From Gemmatimonadota bacterium (GTDB taxonomy: Bacteria; Gemmatimonadota; Gemmatimonadetes; Longimicrobiales; RSA9), in contig JACQPS010000220.1 of the NCBI GenBank assembly GCA_016207445.1, positions 1-34,698 on the forward strand: 34,698 nt of DNA. Reading direction: 5' to 3'. Each line of letters opens with the position of its first letter. Position 1 is the first letter of the stretch. Position numbers and translations under genes: made by a program. The notes under the pieces are model-generated. The model was given only the letters and a program-made list of their open reading frames with translations, ran no database searches and had not been told where the DNA came from. Of the stretch, positions 1 through 7,970 are shown one piece after another.

Positions 1-37
1 CTGGCCTAGGGCGCGGCCAACGTGGTGCGCGAAAGGA

Positions 38-71
38 GAACCGCGGCGCCGCGCGAGCGGCGCCGCGGTTC
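38..71 (-). terminator. Probable intrinsic terminator after the NarX-like sensor gene
   Basis: Perfect 15-bp inverted repeat GAACCGCGGCGCCGC-GCGA-GCGGCGCCGCGGTTC, followed on the minus strand by TCCTTTC. A second small hairpin lies at 102-119. Confidence 0.6.
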
Positions 72-135
72 GTTCCTGCCGACGCGGCGGGGAACCCGAA
101 TGCCACCCGGGCGGGTGGCGGCATCGCACCTGCGG

Positions 136-951
136 TTAGTGGGTAAGTCGATGCTCCGTGGACCCCCCGCCGCGGATGGACCTCTGCGCAGCCGCGAGAC
201 GGCCGCGCAACACATCGAGGGAATCGGCCAGCTGGCCCAGCTCGTTGCGGACCGGTAGCCGGATGGGGGAATCCAGCTTGCCGGCGGTCAGCCCCTCCAC
301 GGCCTCTTCCAGCGAGCGCAGCGGCCGGAAAAGCTGGAGCAGGATCAGCCAGTAGCCGAGCACGAGCACGACGACGCCGGCGGCGAGGAATCCCAGTTGC
401 GCGAGCTTGAGTCGTGCGACCCGGCCCTCCGCAGCCGACTCGTATATCCGGACCGCTTCATCCACCTTGTTCAAAATCGTCGCGGACAGGGTCTCGAGAT
501 CCTCGAGCCCCTGTGTGAACGCAGGGGTGCCTGCTGCCTGCTCCAGCACTGCGTGTGCGCTGCGGTGCAGCGGCTCCCAGTAGTCTCGAACCTCTTCCAG
601 GGCCGCACGGAAATGGCGGTCGGTCGCCGGTGGGAGCTCGACCACATCGCCGCCGTAGGGCACGGACCCACCCTCGATGAGTGCGCGCAGGTCCAGGGCG
701 AACTCGTGCGCCGTGTCGTGCATGCGCTCCAGGTACTGCGGCTCCTGCCCGTGCGCGAGCCCGAGCGCCGCCTCCTTGGCCATTTTCTGGCTGAGCATGC
801 GCTCGCGTCCCGCGAGATTGAGCACGCGCGCGTCGTGCTCCTGCGTGCGCGAGTTCCAGACGCTGGTGGTTACCGATAGCGCACCCACCAGCACCACGTC
901 GACCAGCACGAGGCCGATCGTGAAGCGCAGCGTCAGCCGGGGGACCGCCAC
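136..951 (-). CDS. Membrane sensor with PilJ/NarX-type periplasmic domain and HAMP, no output domain
   Basis: Two TM segments flank a domain with the P-box-like motif NLAGRERMLSQKMAK. A HAMP motif follows (PLRSL...NELGQLADSL), then a stop. Confidence 0.75.
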   Translation of the reverse strand: MAVPRLTLRFTIGLVLVDVVLVGALSVTTSVWNSRTQEHDARVLNLAGRERMLSQKMAKEAALGLAHGQEPQYLERMHDTAHEFALDLRALIEGGSVPYGGDVVELPPATDRHFRAALEEVRDYWEPLHRSAHAVLEQAAGTPAFTQGLEDLETLSATILNKVDEAVRIYESAAEGRVARLKLAQLGFLAAGVVVLVLGYWLILLQLFRPLRSLEEAVEGLTAGKLDSPIRLPVRNELGQLADSLDVLRGRLAAAQRSIRGGGSTEHRLTH

Positions 952-955
952 TGCG

Positions 956-1609
956 TTACCAGGCCAGCAAGGACACGAGCAGGATCAACAGGATCAGCAG
1001 GGCGATGCCACCCAGCTCCAGCAACGAGATCGCGATGGTCTCAGCCGCCTTTACGTCCATGAACCCCGCCGCCGCGCCCGTGCCCTTCACCAGAAGCACG
1101 CTCCACGTCAGGATCGTGGCCAGCTCGAGCCCGCGGATCCCCCAGACGACGAGCCCCGGCGCCTGCGGCCGGTCCGCGGAGAAGAGGGCCGACCCGTAGA
1201 AGGCGAGCTCCGTGGGAATCACGATGGCGAGCAGCGGCAGGAACAGCCACGTGGAGTAGCCGAACACGGCGTACATGCGCTCGGTGTCGCCCTCACCGCC
1301 CAGTGCGTCCGCGCTCCAGGAGAGCAGCCCCCCGGCGAAGTAGAGCGCCAGGAAGCCCAGCACCCCGCCCAGCAGCAGCACACCGACCGTGGCGGGCGCG
1401 AAACCGACCCGATCGCCGAGCGCCAGCCACTTGGCGCCGATATACGCGACGAAGATCCCCGAGAGCGCCGAGAAGAAGAGCTCCGGCGCAGCCTCCCGCT
1501 CCGCGCGGCGGAACAACACGGGGAACAGCGCCTTCGGGTGCGGGACCAGCTCCAGGAGATCGACGACGAGTGGCGGCGAGCTCGCAGTAAAACGGCTGTC
1601 GGAGGACAT
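956..1609 (-). CDS. Yip1-like multi-pass membrane protein
   Basis: ATG at 1609 has an AGGAGG RBS (shorter than the ORF-track start). About five hydrophobic segments and a Yip1-like pattern (HPKALF; ALGGEG...VFGYS). Confidence 0.6.
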   Translation of the reverse strand: MSSDSRFTASSPPLVVDLLELVPHPKALFPVLFRRAEREAAPELFFSALSGIFVAYIGAKWLALGDRVGFAPATVGVLLLGGVLGFLALYFAGGLLSWSADALGGEGDTERMYAVFGYSTWLFLPLLAIVIPTELAFYGSALFSADRPQAPGLVVWGIRGLELATILTWSVLLVKGTGAAAGFMDVKAAETIAISLLELGGIALLILLILLVSLLAW

Positions 1610-1812
1610 CGTCGCACCTCCTGTCGGACACGGAAGCCTCGCTGAAACAGTAGCCCGGGGCAAAGCGCGAATCTGTCGGGCAGCGGTGGAATCCGGGTAG
1701 GGGAATGCCCGACCGGAGTGTTGCGCCGCGCCCGCTCGGCCTCTTTGCCGAAAGAACCCGCACACGCCGGGGCTACGCCCGGTTGTCGGGCCGGAGGGCC
1801 ACGTGCACGTGG

Positions 1813-1828
1813 AGCAAGGGAGAGGCCC
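1813..1828 (-). promoter_or_regulatory. Candidate sigma54 -24/-12 promoter
   Basis: Minus strand GG-CCTCTCCCTT-GCT has exact GG-N10-GC spacing with TTGCT at -12. It lies ~80-170 bp downstream of three candidate activator sites. Confidence 0.35.
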
Positions 1829-1903
1829 GATGGCGGGGGTGCACGGAAATGCGGGACCGACGGGCGACAGCGAAAAAGGCGCGTGGTTGCGCGATGTTTC
1901 CAG

Positions 1904-2000
1904 TGGGGCAAAAGCGCCAGCCGTGGGGGGTCGGGCGACCCGGCTGCCGCTGGCGCAAAAACGCCCACCCCGGCCGGCCGGAGCCGGTCAAAATGTCCTA
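1904..2000. promoter_or_regulatory. Three candidate enhancer-binding-protein sites (UAS)
   Basis: TGGGGCAAAAGCGCCA (1904-1919), TGGCGCAAAAACGCCCA (1951-1967) and CCGGTCAAAATGTCCTA (1984-2000) are imperfect dyads with A-rich cores in GC-rich intergenic DNA. Confidence 0.4.
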
Positions 2001-2034
2001 CCGGGGCCTATTAGAGTCGGCCGGTGATCGGAGC

Positions 2035-2724
2035 TCAGGAGCCGAATACGAAGTCGAGCGACGCGATCTGCCCGTCCTGGATCACGATCTCCCGCCGCAA
2101 CTCGCCGAGCTGGGCGTGCCAGGAGTGCAGCACGTAGCGCCCGGGGGGGACGTCTCTGATCTCGAACACGCCGTCGGGCGCGGTCAGGGCGTAATACGGG
2201 TGGTCGAAGACCCAGATGGCGGCGCGCATCCACTCGTGCGCGTCGCACTCGACTTCGATCAGACCCGGTCTTGCCAGGGCACGACGGTTCTTCACCTCTA
2301 CGCCGCGGCCGGGAAGGCCGAAATTACCCACCGTGCGCCGCGTGTGGTACAGATGCACGTTGTGCATGAGGGGGTCGAGGTTGCGCAGCGTGAGGACCGC
2401 TCCGGCCTCGGCCACCTGAACGGGCGGATCGAAGTCGCACCGAACGTTGGCGAGGGTTACAGCGCTCGAGCGGGTAGCCACCGGGATCGGTCCTTCCAGG
2501 AACACCACGCTGTTGGCGACCCGGCTATTGCGTACGAGCAGGTGGCGCGATGGCACCGTTGCGCCACATACGTCCGCGTCGGTCGTGACCTTGAGCTGCT
2601 CGGGCGTCGGCGCCGGGCCGCGGTAACTGACCGTACCCTTGACCGCGCCGCGCTGCCCGGCCGCGGACGTGGCGGTCGACAGAAGCACGAGCAAGCCAAG
2701 CGCAAGCTTGGTGGGCGTTGTCAT
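2035..2724 (-). CDS. Exported cupredoxin-like / carboxypeptidase-regulatory-like domain protein
   Basis: Signal peptide; HNVH plus CDAHEWM (C-x2-H-x2-M, amicyanin-type loop); C-terminal DGVFEIRDVPPGRYVLHSWH beta-sandwich motif. Confidence 0.7.
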   Translation of the reverse strand: MTTPTKLALGLLVLLSTATSAAGQRGAVKGTVSYRGPAPTPEQLKVTTDADVCGATVPSRHLLVRNSRVANSVVFLEGPIPVATRSSAVTLANVRCDFDPPVQVAEAGAVLTLRNLDPLMHNVHLYHTRRTVGNFGLPGRGVEVKNRRALARPGLIEVECDAHEWMRAAIWVFDHPYYALTAPDGVFEIRDVPPGRYVLHSWHAQLGELRREIVIQDGQIASLDFVFGS

Positions 2725-2738
2725 TCTAGCCTCAGGGA

Positions 2739-3815
2739 TCAGAAGTACGCGTGCATTTCCAGGCTGACGCGGTCCACGTCCGTGCGGGCCTGCGGGATGT
2801 CCTGGAGCAACGTGTAGAACGCGGAGAGCTGGAGGAAAGCCACCGGGAACGCTTCCACGCCGAAGCGCGCGCGAACGCGGGCGTTCTCCGCGATTTCGGT
2901 GTCGGGGTCGAGGAAGCCGTAGGTGAGTTTCACGTTGAGCCCGCGGCGGAGCAGGACGTCGCCTTCCACGTACGCGGCGAGGCGCTCGACGCGCCCGCTG
3001 GCGGCGCCGTCGTCTCGCACGAGGTCGGCCTCGCCGAGCAGCGTGATCCGCCCCGTGCTCACGCCCGCGTATCCGCCCAGCACGGTCCGGCGACTGCCGC
3101 CGCCCTCGTTGCGCGACGCCGAGGCACCCAGCCGGAGGCGACGAAGGGCGAGCGCCACGCTGCCGGTGATTTGCTTCGCATCGTCGGCCTCCGCCGCGCC
3201 CTGGCTGCCATTGGACAGGGCCACCACGATCGTGAGTGACCCTGGCTCGATTCCCAGCTCGAGCCCCTGGTCGGGCGTATCGTAGGTAAAGCCGGTCTGC
3301 TCGCGTATGAACTCGCGGTCATCGGGCAAGCGTAGCCCGTACGGGAGCAGGAACTTTCCGGCTTTTACGTAGCCGTTCGCCGGCAGCCCTTCCAGCAGCA
3401 CGAAGGCTTCGCGGGCCGATGCGCCCGCGGGGCCGAGCGTCTCGTCGAAGTAGACGGTCAGGCGATCGGCCACGGGGCGGAGCTCGAGTTGCACGTTGGA
3501 CTCGTCGATCTCCACGGCGGCCCGTGGTGTGCTCCGTCCGATCGTGCCGAATGCCGCGACCCGAAGGTTGCCGCCGACCGCGGCAAAATCGTTGAGCGAG
3601 CGACCGCGGAACCCCGTCGGACGTAATGGGAGTCGCGTCTGCCCGTAAATATTCCCGAAGGCGTTGCGCCCGCCGCCGCCCGTGCGGTTCGTGTGGCATT
3701 GGGAGCATTGAAGCCCGGTTCGCACGGCCAGGTACGGCTCGGCCGCGGCCGCCGTTGGAATCCATTCGAGGAGGAGGGCGGCGGCGGAGAGAGTGCAGGG
3801 AATGCGCAGCCACAT
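2739..3815 (-). CDS. Monoheme cytochrome c-outer-membrane beta-barrel (porin) fusion
   Basis: ATG 3815 with GGAGG RBS. The signal peptide is followed by EPYLAVRTGLQCSQCH, then amphipathic beta-strand pattern and C-terminal Phe (EMHAYF). Confidence 0.7.
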   Translation of the reverse strand: MWLRIPCTLSAAALLLEWIPTAAAAEPYLAVRTGLQCSQCHTNRTGGGGRNAFGNIYGQTRLPLRPTGFRGRSLNDFAAVGGNLRVAAFGTIGRSTPRAAVEIDESNVQLELRPVADRLTVYFDETLGPAGASAREAFVLLEGLPANGYVKAGKFLLPYGLRLPDDREFIREQTGFTYDTPDQGLELGIEPGSLTIVVALSNGSQGAAEADDAKQITGSVALALRRLRLGASASRNEGGGSRRTVLGGYAGVSTGRITLLGEADLVRDDGAASGRVERLAAYVEGDVLLRRGLNVKLTYGFLDPDTEIAENARVRARFGVEAFPVAFLQLSAFYTLLQDIPQARTDVDRVSLEMHAYF

Positions 3816-3829
3816 CGTCGTCCTCCGTT

Positions 3830-4264
3830 TCAATCAGGAGCGCCGGCCGCGATCCACTGCCGAATCGCGTTCAGCTCCTCCGCCGTGAGCGGCGCCAGTC
3901 CGAGCGGCATACGGCCGCCGGTGATCCCGGCACGACCCTCCAGCTTCCAGATGAGGTAGCTGGAGTCCGGCTGGCTGGGTCGGACGCGCAGCATTGCGGG
4001 TTGCTCCACGCTCGCGACGCCCACGAGGTTTGCGCGTGCCACGCCCGCGTCCAGCGCGAGGCCGAGCGGGGCCGATGCGCCCGTATGACACGCGGCGGCG
4101 CAGATCGGCGAGAAGATCCGTTCCTGGATCGAGGACAGTGTGGGCGCGAGTGGACCGGCCGGCGTCCGGACGGGCCGGCCGAACTCGTCGAGCCCGGTGC
4201 CGTCGCCGACGCAGCCGCCGACCAAGGCGAACGCGAGCAGTGGCCAGCGATGTTCCACCCTCAT
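3830..4264 (-). CDS. Lipoprotein monoheme cytochrome c (Planctomycete cytochrome c-like), CX3CH motif
   Basis: ATG 4264 overlaps the upstream stop (ATGA). Lipobox LVGGC; IFSPICAAACH; PDSSYLIWKL; RMP; IRQWIAAGA. Confidence 0.7.
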   Translation of the reverse strand: MRVEHRWPLLAFALVGGCVGDGTGLDEFGRPVRTPAGPLAPTLSSIQERIFSPICAAACHTGASAPLGLALDAGVARANLVGVASVEQPAMLRVRPSQPDSSYLIWKLEGRAGITGGRMPLGLAPLTAEELNAIRQWIAAGAPD

Positions 4265-5274
4265 GGCTTCCCCGCCGCAGTGCGCGCCGCGCCGACTGCA
4301 GCCTCCGCATCCTCCCGCAACAGGCGGTACGGTAGCGAAGGGCGTCGCTCGAGGGATTGGATGTAGTAGACGAGCGCCCACAACCGCCGTTCGACGAGCG
4401 CGTCCAACGCGGCTGGCGACATGGCGGCCAGCTCGGCGGCGTTGGGTTCCCGCGTCAAGTAGGTCGCGGCGCCATCGAACTCTGCCGGCGGGAGCCGGCG
4501 CCGCAGCCCCGCCACATCGGCGTTCGCTCCCCCGGCGTACGCCAGCACGCTCGGCTCCAGCGCCGGCATCGGTGTACCGCTCAGCCCGGTGCGCAGTGTG
4601 CGGTAGAGTGCCTCGGGCGAGCCGCCGTTCTTGTAGGCACCCCGCGTGAAGTCGTAAGGGCGGATGGGGTCCCCGTAGTCGTCCGAGAGTCGCCGCGCCG
4701 AAGGTCCGTTTCCGCGCCCGCGCTCCCCATGGCACTGGGCACAGCCCAGCACCGCATAGACCCAGGGCCCTTCCGAAATCAGCTCCCGCGACCGGCCTGG
4801 AGGAGAGGGAAGGGGTACCGGAGGGTCGGGGGCTTCGGTCCGAAACGTCGGCGCGAAGCTCTTGATATAGCGGACGAGCGCCCAACACTCGGCCTCGGTC
4901 AGCCGAGTGCCCCATGCGGGCATCCAGGTTCCGGCAACGCCCTGTGAGATCGTGCGGAACAGGTCCTGGTCGCTCGGCAGCGATCCCGACGGCGTCGTCC
5001 GGAACTTGAAAACACCGGCCGTGAAGTCGCGTGGTCGAGGCAGGCCGAGGCCCCGTGCGGCGGGCCCGCGGCCGTCGCCCCGCGCGCCGTGGCACGCGGC
5101 GCAGGCATCCGCGTACAGCCGCGCCGCGTCCACGGCCGAGACCAGGTCAGGCACAGCGCTGGGGGGCGCTTGGGCGGAGCAGACGGGAACCGGCCCTCCC
5201 AGCGCGAGCAGGACGAGCACGCCCACGTGCCCGGGTAGCTGGGCCGGTCGTGCTCGCCCGCGATGCTCAGCCAC
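4261..5274 (-). CDS. Diheme c-type cytochrome
   Basis: Two CXXCH motifs (CAACH, CAQCH), each followed by P-x-DFT and G-x-x-MP distal-Met motifs; N-terminal export signal. Confidence 0.8.
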   Translation of the reverse strand: MAEHRGRARPAQLPGHVGVLVLLALGGPVPVCSAQAPPSAVPDLVSAVDAARLYADACAACHGARGDGRGPAARGLGLPRPRDFTAGVFKFRTTPSGSLPSDQDLFRTISQGVAGTWMPAWGTRLTEAECWALVRYIKSFAPTFRTEAPDPPVPLPSPPGRSRELISEGPWVYAVLGCAQCHGERGRGNGPSARRLSDDYGDPIRPYDFTRGAYKNGGSPEALYRTLRTGLSGTPMPALEPSVLAYAGGANADVAGLRRRLPPAEFDGAATYLTREPNAAELAAMSPAALDALVERRLWALVYYIQSLERRPSLPYRLLREDAEAAVGAARTAAGKP

Positions 5275-5280
5275 GGGCGC

Positions 5281-6243
5281 TCACCCCGCGCTGACGGCGA
5301 TGCTGCCGATCATCCCCTTCTCGGCATGCTGAGGAAGGGTGCAGCGCGTCTCGTACGTGCCGGTCTTCGTGGGTACAACGAACAGGTAGGTGGCCCCCCC
5401 TACCATGAGCTCCACCGCCTTCAGGTACGGCGCCTTGATCTCCGCCTGCGTGTCTTCCGCCTTCCGCCACACCGTGGTCTTGAAGAACTCGGCCGCCGTC
5501 CAGTAGTGCTTCTCCACGTTGCCAGCGGCGCTCTCCAGCCGGATGCGGTAGCCGGTACCCTGCAGCAACGTGAGGTCCTTCGGCACGAAGGTGAAGGTGG
5601 GCGTTTCCTGCACGCTAATGGTCAGGTCCACCCGCGTCTGCCAGACCGTGTGCGAGCTCGACCGCCGGCCATCGCTCAGCAGCGTCGCGTCGAAGTCCGT
5701 CGCGATCTCCAGGTCCAGCTTGTTGTCCTCGCCTCCCGTGATCACGAACTGCGCGGTCATGCCCGCTTCCTTGTGCCCCGGAATCGTGCACACGATGTCG
5801 TACGTTCCCGGCAGGACCGGCACGAAGTACAGGTCCAGCGCGCCCCCGACCATCAGCTCCACTTCGCTGAAGTACGGCGCCTTGTACTCGGCCTGTGACG
5901 TCTCGATCTTCCGCGTCGCGATCGCCTGGTAGAAGTTGCCCAGGCCCGTCGGCGAGACATAGTGCTTCAGCACGTTCGGCGATCCGTTCAGGATGCGCAG
6001 CACGTACGGCTTCCCGGCCTCGAACGTCAGCCGGTTCGGCGAGAACGACAGGGCCCCCGTGGGCGACTCCACCATCGTCAGGGTCACCACGGTCTTCTGG
6101 TCCCAGTTTACCGACGCCAGCCAGTCGGTAACGGTGACCGGTCCCGCGAGCTCCGGCTCGGTGCCGTTGTCGTCGCACGCTCCGGCCACGGCCCCGAACA
6201 GGACGAGCCACAATCCTGTTCCCTTCCAGCGCCTTGCCGACAT
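5281..6243 (-). CDS. Lipoprotein with two tandem cupredoxin (type-1 Cu) domains
   Basis: GGGAGG RBS; lipobox VAGAC; internal duplication with KHY...CTIPGHKEAGM and KHY...CTLPQHAEKGM (C-x4-H-x4-M). Confidence 0.8.
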   Translation of the reverse strand: MSARRWKGTGLWLVLFGAVAGACDDNGTEPELAGPVTVTDWLASVNWDQKTVVTLTMVESPTGALSFSPNRLTFEAGKPYVLRILNGSPNVLKHYVSPTGLGNFYQAIATRKIETSQAEYKAPYFSEVELMVGGALDLYFVPVLPGTYDIVCTIPGHKEAGMTAQFVITGGEDNKLDLEIATDFDATLLSDGRRSSSHTVWQTRVDLTISVQETPTFTFVPKDLTLLQGTGYRIRLESAAGNVEKHYWTAAEFFKTTVWRKAEDTQAEIKAPYLKAVELMVGGATYLFVVPTKTGTYETRCTLPQHAEKGMIGSIAVSAG

Positions 6244-6461
6244 GTTCGCCTCCCGTTGACGGCCAGCTCCGGCCCGCGTTTACCTGGCGACGTCACCCGG
6301 GCCCGCCCCCCGGGCCCGGCATCATGCGTCGAGTGCCTTGTCTCCAGGGCAGGAAGCGCACCGGAGACACTCGGCCTGGCACTTCGCGCCACAACAGCAT
6401 GTCTGGTAACGAGTTAAAGCGAAGAGCCGGCCGCGCCGTTGCGCTGCCGTCGGCCCGGCAG

Positions 6462-6501
6462 TGCGACGTGGCTTGTCACAGGTGCGTCAGCGCGTGACGC
6501 C
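6462..6501. promoter_or_regulatory. Tandem 19-bp dyads upstream of the di-cupredoxin operon
   Basis: TGCGAC-N7-GTCACA (6462-6480) and TGCGTC-N7-GACGCC (6483-6501) are offset by 21 bp. An AT-rich TAACGAGTTAAAG lies at 6407-6419. Confidence 0.4.
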
Positions 6502-6539
6502 AGTCGCCAGCGGCGATGCGCAGCTCGTGGAGTGGTGAT

Positions 6540-7970
6540 TCAGAACGCCACGTCCAGGCGGATCCAGAGGGAATGCGGTCGGCGGGAGTCGCGCTGCGGT
6601 GGGGGCGCGTCGGAGGCGTACAGATCGCCCTCGACCACGGCACGTACGTTCTGGCGCACGAGCAGCACCAGGCCTGGAAGCACGCGTGTCTGATCGGCGT
6701 CGGTCACGGTGAAATCGCTTTCCGCGGACGCGTCGGTAGTGAAGTAATCGAGCTTGAGTGAGCCGATGAGCCACGGTAGAAAGAGCACCTCGGCCTTGCC
6801 GAAGAGGCTCGACCAGCTCAGGGCGCCCGGTGAATCGGGTCCCCAGGGGTTCTCGTTGCGGGCTGCCATCCACCCGAAGCCGAGGTCCAGGGGACCGTAG
6901 AGCGTCCGCGCGTTGACGCCGAAGGCGCGGTGTCGGTCCTGGCTGCCTCGGGCCACGGGCTCGGCCCCGGCGTAGCCGAAATGCTCGAGGATGATGCTGC
7001 GATCCATGAGCTGGCCGCGACCGCCGGTAACGGGCCGGCCACCGGGCGGATAGGTCCCGTCCAGCCGGAGCCCGCCGAGCTTGTAACGCAGCTTGTAGTA
7101 GATGTCCTTGTGATTGTTGTTGTCGGCTGTCTGCGCGCCGGCGCCCTGGGCGAGGCCGACCGCGTAGAAGAGGCGACCCGCCGCGGCCAGGCCATTCAGC
7201 TCCAGCGCGGGCTGGCTCTGCCGTAACTGGAATTCATTGGCCGAGCGCGCGCCGCGCCCTGCTCCGCCGAGCTCCAGGTCGGACGCCCGGAACTGCTGCC
7301 ACAGGAAATTCTCCCGGGCGGCCCGATCGATCTGACGGTCCGCGAACGTGAAGAGATAGAGGTTCTGGAGGCCGACCCACAGGTTGAGCGCACGCGGAGG
7401 CAAGATGGGCAGGAAGTCCTGAAACTCGAGCTTGGCCTGGACGAGCTGGGTGCCGCGCTCCCGGCTCCATTCGAGCTCCAGGAACGCGGCCACACCCTCG
7501 CCGAGCGTGGTGCCGGCCAGGAGATAGATCTCGTGGGGGAAGCGGTAGCTCCAGCTCCGGCCCCCCGCCGCGCCGCGGCTTACCTGCACGTCGTTCTGAA
7601 TGCGTAGTGCCAGTGGCACGGCCGCAGGGAGCTCGCCCGGCCAGATCGCGCGCGGCCACAGGTCCTTCCAGGGGTCCTCGCCGAGCGGCACGGGCTCGTC
7701 GCGGCGCAGCAAGGCATCGTTTTCCGGAAAGCGGTAGCCATTCAGGCGGAACGCCTCGCCGAGCACGTTCAGCTTCGGCGCGGCCGTGTGGCAGGTCGAG
7801 CACGTGGTGCGGTACTTCCGCGAGAACGCCGGGATCGGGGCTTCCGGTGCAGGTCGTAGCGCGTGAGGTGTGGTGGCCGCCGTCGTCGCGGAACAGGCCA
7901 GGATGCTTGCCGCGATCAGAAGCCGGCTGTGCGCCCGGGTGTGGCGCCGTGGACGGGAGCGCCCGCTCAT
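6540..7970 (-). CDS. Cyc2-like monoheme cytochrome-porin fusion
   Basis: ATG 7970 overlaps the upstream stop. IPAFSRKYRTTCSTCHTAAPKLNVLGEAFRLNGY matches the Cyc2 N-terminal signature (PxFARx...CXXCH...PxL...G..F...GY). A beta-barrel-like remainder ends IRLDVAF. Confidence 0.75.
   Translation of the reverse strand: MSGRSRPRRHTRAHSRLLIAASILACSATTAATTPHALRPAPEAPIPAFSRKYRTTCSTCHTAAPKLNVLGEAFRLNGYRFPENDALLRRDEPVPLGEDPWKDLWPRAIWPGELPAAVPLALRIQNDVQVSRGAAGGRSWSYRFPHEIYLLAGTTLGEGVAAFLELEWSRERGTQLVQAKLEFQDFLPILPPRALNLWVGLQNLYLFTFADRQIDRAARENFLWQQFRASDLELGGAGRGARSANEFQLRQSQPALELNGLAAAGRLFYAVGLAQGAGAQTADNNNHKDIYYKLRYKLGGLRLDGTYPPGGRPVTGGRGQLMDRSIILEHFGYAGAEPVARGSQDRHRAFGVNARTLYGPLDLGFGWMAARNENPWGPDSPGALSWSSLFGKAEVLFLPWLIGSLKLDYFTTDASAESDFTVTDADQTRVLPGLVLLVRQNVRAVVEGDLYASDAPPPQRDSRRPHSLWIRLDVAF

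Noticed and set aside
6462-6480. CRP/FNR site
   Set aside because: Half-site spacing does not fit TGTGA-N6-TCACA or TTGAT-N4-ATCAA; kept only as a generic dyad.
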